Shown: one piece after another, positions 59,427-64,000 of the stretch | Position numbering within the stretch: the stretch's first letter is position 1 | How the letters are laid out: every line of letters begins with the position of its first letter | Assembly: GCA_030390025.1 (NCBI GenBank) | Contig: CM059433.1 | Location: 16,928,001 to 16,992,000 of the forward strand | DNA: 64,000 bases | DNA from: Squalus acanthias | Lineage: Eukaryota | Direction: 5' to 3' | Program-made: the position numbers and the translations under genes | Notes under the pieces: generated by a model | The model's database searches: none | Seen by the model: only the letters and a program-made list of their open reading frames with translations | Told to the model about the DNA's origin: nothing

Positions 59427-61447
59427 GGGCAGGGGTGCTCACCCCACCCCAACCCGTCTCCATGCCATCTTCCCAGGAGGTGGGTAGCCGACCCGCACCA
59501 GGTCCCGGCTCCTGGAGGCGGGAAGGGAATTACAGCCACTTAACTGCCTGTTAACAGGTAGTTAACTGTAAGGTTTCCAAAATTTGCAGATCCCCAAAAC
59601 CTAAGGAAAAAGGACTTTGGAACTACCCCAGAGTGATAAATTCCTTATGTTAGGCCCAAATGCATTTTTAAGACCAAAAACCAAGTTTTGGCATTTTAAA
59701 AGACATGTCTGGACCTGTAAGGGAGATAAGGCTGCACAGGAGGTGGGTTCAACCTCTGTACTAGCAGTTTTGGGTATTGCAGTTAAATTGCATTGTCTGG
59801 GAATCGGGATGACCTCACTCAAGCCCCAGCAAGCATTAACATTTGGACAATAGGCCCTGGGAGAAGGCAGCCCCACCCAAAACAACAGGTCCCATTAAAA
59901 CCTATCACAGAACCCATTAAAGACATGCATAAAGATAGGAGTCCTAGGCCCAGCAAGAAACCCAAAACATGAGGACAATGCAAACTCCGATTAAACAACA
60001 GATCGACAGGACACAAGCCATTTGACACTTAGTAAAGTCGTTACTGTTGACGAGGTCTTACAATGACCAGGATTTGATTTGGTTTTGACACAGCCACTTC
60101 AATTTAGTATAATTGAAGGCCCAATCAAGCAGTTACAACAGTTGAAGTTAAAAGAGTTACAGTTCAAGTTCAACGGAAGGCAGTTCTGCAGTTCAATCGA
60201 AAAGCCTGTTTTCAGCAAAGTCAGTGCTGGAGTTACAGAGTCCAGGACAAGCAGGCAGAAGGCAGGTTCCACAGTTCTGCAAGAAGGCAGTTCCACAGCT
60301 CGGAAGACGACAGTTTAAACAGAGGCAGAGTTACAGCAAGAAGTTAAACAAAGAAGGCCAACAACTTCACAAGCAGACCGACACGCAAGAAGAAGCCAGA
60401 GCGACTGCCTCAGGTGACCATCGGACACCTCGCGGCAACAAGGGCCTTACGAAACCTTTTACTCAAAAGACTCTAAACCCTAACTCTCAACTGTCAAGGA
60501 TTCGTTTGGTGAGCATTATCCCTGGCTCTCCAGAGTCCAACCTAGCTAGTGAAGTGGGATTGGGAGGGGTGAAGTATTCTTCTAATGTTATTTCCCTCGC
60601 TTGTACCGAAGTGTTCCCCACCTTTAGAGTGATGAGTGTTTGTGTTGTGTTTTACTTCCTTGAATAAAAGTCAAAGTTCTTTCATCAAACCTGTTGTCTA
60701 CTGCACCTTTGTTCACAACCCCCAAATAAGTCCAAGGTCTAGAACCAAGGGGCGTGGGAGCGATTCGAACCGCTCGCTGAGTCAGAGGTGAGGCTGACCC
60801 CTACCACACCACCCCTACATAACAGGCAACTAAGAGGATTATCCCCATTTTACCCACACAAGTGCAGGCTTCCCAAAGGCTGCGAACCCCGCCAGGGTCA
60901 CCGAGGCGAGCAGTGGGTCTGCGGGGTGCAAAAGTGCGCTGTAAAGGTAAGTGATGGGTGCAAGTGTGGAGAGGTGAGTATGTGAGGTGAGTGGAAAGTG
61001 ACAGAAAATGTTTACTTACCTTTGTTTCTTCCTGCAGGCTTCAAACGTTGGGGATGTGGAGAGTCTCGCATCTCACCGGCAGAGATGACAGATGGCTGCT
61101 GCATTTTCCAATGCAACAACCATCTAATTTCTGTTCACAAGAGGTTTGATGTGTCTTGAATACAAGAACTCATCAAATAACAGAGAATGTCAGTGTTTGA
61201 CAGCTTCACAGAGCTGTCAAACGATGACAATTCATCTGTCAAAAATTTCTGACAGATGAAACGTCATACGCTGACGTTCTCTGTAACCGGCTTCCCCTTA
61301 ATTGGCCTGCTAAGCCTGCTGGGCGGGCTTCACAAGGTCAATCAAGGGAAAATAGCGTGGGTTGGCCAGAAGTCGATGGAGGCGGGACTAAAACCTGACA
61401 AGTGGGAGTCCCGCCTCCAAAAGCTCCCCATTGGCAAAATCCAGCCC
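59427..61447. mobile_element. Second copy of the 51395-52225 MITE, left-truncated and split by a solo LTR
   Basis: Colinear with ~51450-52225 and ends AAAATCCAGCCC. Confidence 0.8.
59567..60819 (+). mobile_element. Solo LTR (Gypsy or ERV class), 1253 bp
   Basis: TGTA...TACA termini, 4-bp TSD TAAC (59563-59566, 60820-60823) and AATAAA at 60663-60668. The paralogous MITE shows the empty site. Confidence 0.85.
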
Positions 61448-64000
61448 TTGGTTTGTGTTGAGTTAGCTGATCTCAACTGGGAGGGTGTTAGAGATGCTGC
61501 AAATTGCATCGGTACCTTGTGCTAATGAGGTTTAAAATGAGCCACTCCACAGCCCCAATTTTAATGTAGCCCGCCTTGTGCGAGCAGATAGTTAAAATGG
61601 CGGTCGGAAGGGAGGGATTTCGGCCATTTCTACTCAGGATAAAACTTGTCTGGGAGGGCAGCCTGCCCTGGCAGACAGGGGCCTACTTTACATGCAAAAG
61701 TCGTGGCCCGATGAGGTCATCAACGCTGCAATGCGATTTCTACTTCAAAAATTGGATGGCCTGCATCGTGCCAAACCCACCAGTGAAACCTGGCGGGAGA
61801 CAGCAGCGTTGGCAGAAGAGGGCTCAGGGTTCCATGTACTGTAGGAATTGACTGAAGGGGGATAAAAATGTATTTCTATTTAAAGGTTCGGTGCAGCAAA
61901 AAATGACCAGGAACTGTAATACTGCAACTATGGTTAAAGAGATCAAAATGAGTTTGACAGCCTAATGATTTTGATAAGCTACAGCATGTGATCCATTTCC
62001 TTCCGGGTACAGGAGTTTTCCCCATTAGTGGTCATGGATTATTTATGTTTTATACATTTTGCATGACTTAGAAGTACATGAAAACATATTTTGGAATAAA
62101 CTGCACCACTGATGAACTTTATACTTTCATTAAACTAAACACAACTTTGTCAAGCTGGTTTTGATGTTATGTAATAATTTTAAGACTTTTACTTTGCAGA
62201 TTTGTTAACTGCTTGCCTAATGTTCAGAGAGGCTTGCCACATTTAAACACATGTTTCCTTTAATGCATCATTTCAGTGGTACATGAAACACCAGTGCCAC
62301 TGGAATTAAAAAGCATCAATGTAGTGCTCGTTTCTTATCGAACTATGCATTTCCCGATTTTATTTTTGCAGATGAAATTAAATTTTGCAGTGAACTAATT
62401 CAACACTAGAAAGCCAGAATAAGAGATTGTATTTATTATTTACTTTTAACACTTTTTGGTCCCCATTGCCTTCCACCTAGCAGTCTTCTTATTGATAATG
62501 GGACAGGTTAGGGAATGGTCTTCCTCATCACTGCTAGCCACTGCTGTTCCATGATCAGCCAGTAAGAGGTGCACCTTAATGCGCAATGAGCCAACAATGA
62601 CAGCCACAAATTAGCTCACTTCAGAGTGGATTTGCATCAAATGCAGACAACATTATTGCATTTTAGTTTTTTTTGCCTTAAAAAAAAATTCAGAGTGCCA
62701 GACCCCTAAACTGCTTAAAATACGTTGGAAAGAATTATGGTTTTATGAAAAATAAACCGCTCATAATATTAAGCCACATAATTTTGCGTAAGCCTGTCTA
62801 GCTCATCAATCCTGCATTAAGCGCAAATTAAATGTAGAAATTTGCTATGCTCCCGGCATGACTCCTGATCTCGGCCACTGGCCCCGACGCAATTCCCACT
62901 CGGGGTTACGGCGAGAGCCACAAGTAGCATGTTCCTCTGTGGGGGCACTGGAGCCCCGAGTGAGGTGGGTCCTGGAAAGTGTGCACCTTTGCACAGGCAC
63001 ATGATGCTTGGTTACACTGGGCGCTGAACACAGGGAGATGGCTGGCTGGTCAGGGATCACGATGTACAGAGGGGAGAGTGTATCCAGAATCGGGGACCTT
63101 CAGATCTCTCGTGCTGTTTTGCAAGTGGAGGGAGTTGTTAGAGACAAGCTGAAGGATAAGTATGAGATCTTTCAGGACTTCTTTTTTGTAGATATTTGTT
63201 ATGTAATAAATTTTATTTTTAAGAGGTATATCATAGAACAGATGAAGAAGGGTTGTAGCAGCTATAACTCAAAACTTTTCCTGGAATGTGTCTGGGTAGA
63301 ATTTCTTTTAGTCGGTGTGACTGAGGATAAAAATTTAAATGGGGACAGGGGGGTCAAGTTTTGCATAATACAATTGGTGAATAACAAAGTAGAAAGTAAC
63401 CGGAAAAAAAAGGACTTAAACCCTTAGGGAGGAAGAAAACTGGTCATGAAATAAATGAAAGACTCCTCATATGCAACAGACAGAAGAAACTTTATAATCA
63501 TCAACAGGATAAATGAACATTCCCAACAATACATTAATGGGATTAGCCTTTCCCCACCCTCTATCATAGGCATAAAAATTATGTACAATATTTAATAGTG
63601 GATTGAAAGTTGAGTTGCACTAAATAGCTCAACGTCACAAGAGAATTTAGCAGAGGTACAATTATATATTTCAGTCCCTAGATTTGAAGGGATGCATTAA
63701 TCAAATGACCATAAAATGCAAAAATACATGATTATCTGAAAATTGCACTCAATGTACTGAAAATTGAGAATCCCACTCTCCACGAGCATTGGCAAAAGCA
63801 GCATTTATTGAACGTGCTGTCTCTTCCGATAGATCTTGTACAGGTGTGATTGTGAAAACACGGTCAGACTGCAACTGCATGCTAGCAGTGATCTAGTACA
63901 TGTACGACAGCAACAGAACTTAGTTACAAAAAAAACACGTAGCCATTAACTTCAAAATTACATGGGGCAAGGATTTCCTCTGTGTGCTATTGCTAATGAA

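Noticed and set aside
60224..60667. 147-aa ORF as gag or accessory gene
   Set aside because: It lies wholly within the LTR, has a non-ATG start and shows no retroviral motifs.

Overview
Eukaryotic, repeat-dense, non-genic DNA (intergenic or large intron). The repeat families point to a cartilaginous fish; that assignment is an inference. I found no host protein-coding gene that I can name: every recognisable ORF is transposon-derived and most are disrupted. The window holds three long decayed CR1 LINEs and many CR1 3' fragments, L2 fragments, an RTE element with a 5' inversion, two Penelope-like (GIY-YIG) families, PIF/Harbinger remnants and MITEs, a Tigger-like and a hAT MITE, a 1.25-kb solo LTR, DeuSINE-like and other SINEs, and a 1.8-kb CpG-rich minisatellite. 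The most striking structure is a spacer-less ~1.55-kb palindrome (6955-8507). It is a young Penelope-like insertion with a 14-bp target-site duplication and a 39-nt unpaired tail. Each arm carries an uninterrupted GIY-YIG reading frame and a minimal hammerhead-ribozyme motif. Two further hammerhead motifs of a second Penelope family lie at 755-791 and 12798-12834; the first sits in a 116-bp insertion with its own 12-bp TSD. Coordinates of TIR- or TSD-bounded elements were counted from the sequence; boundaries of decayed repeats are approximate.
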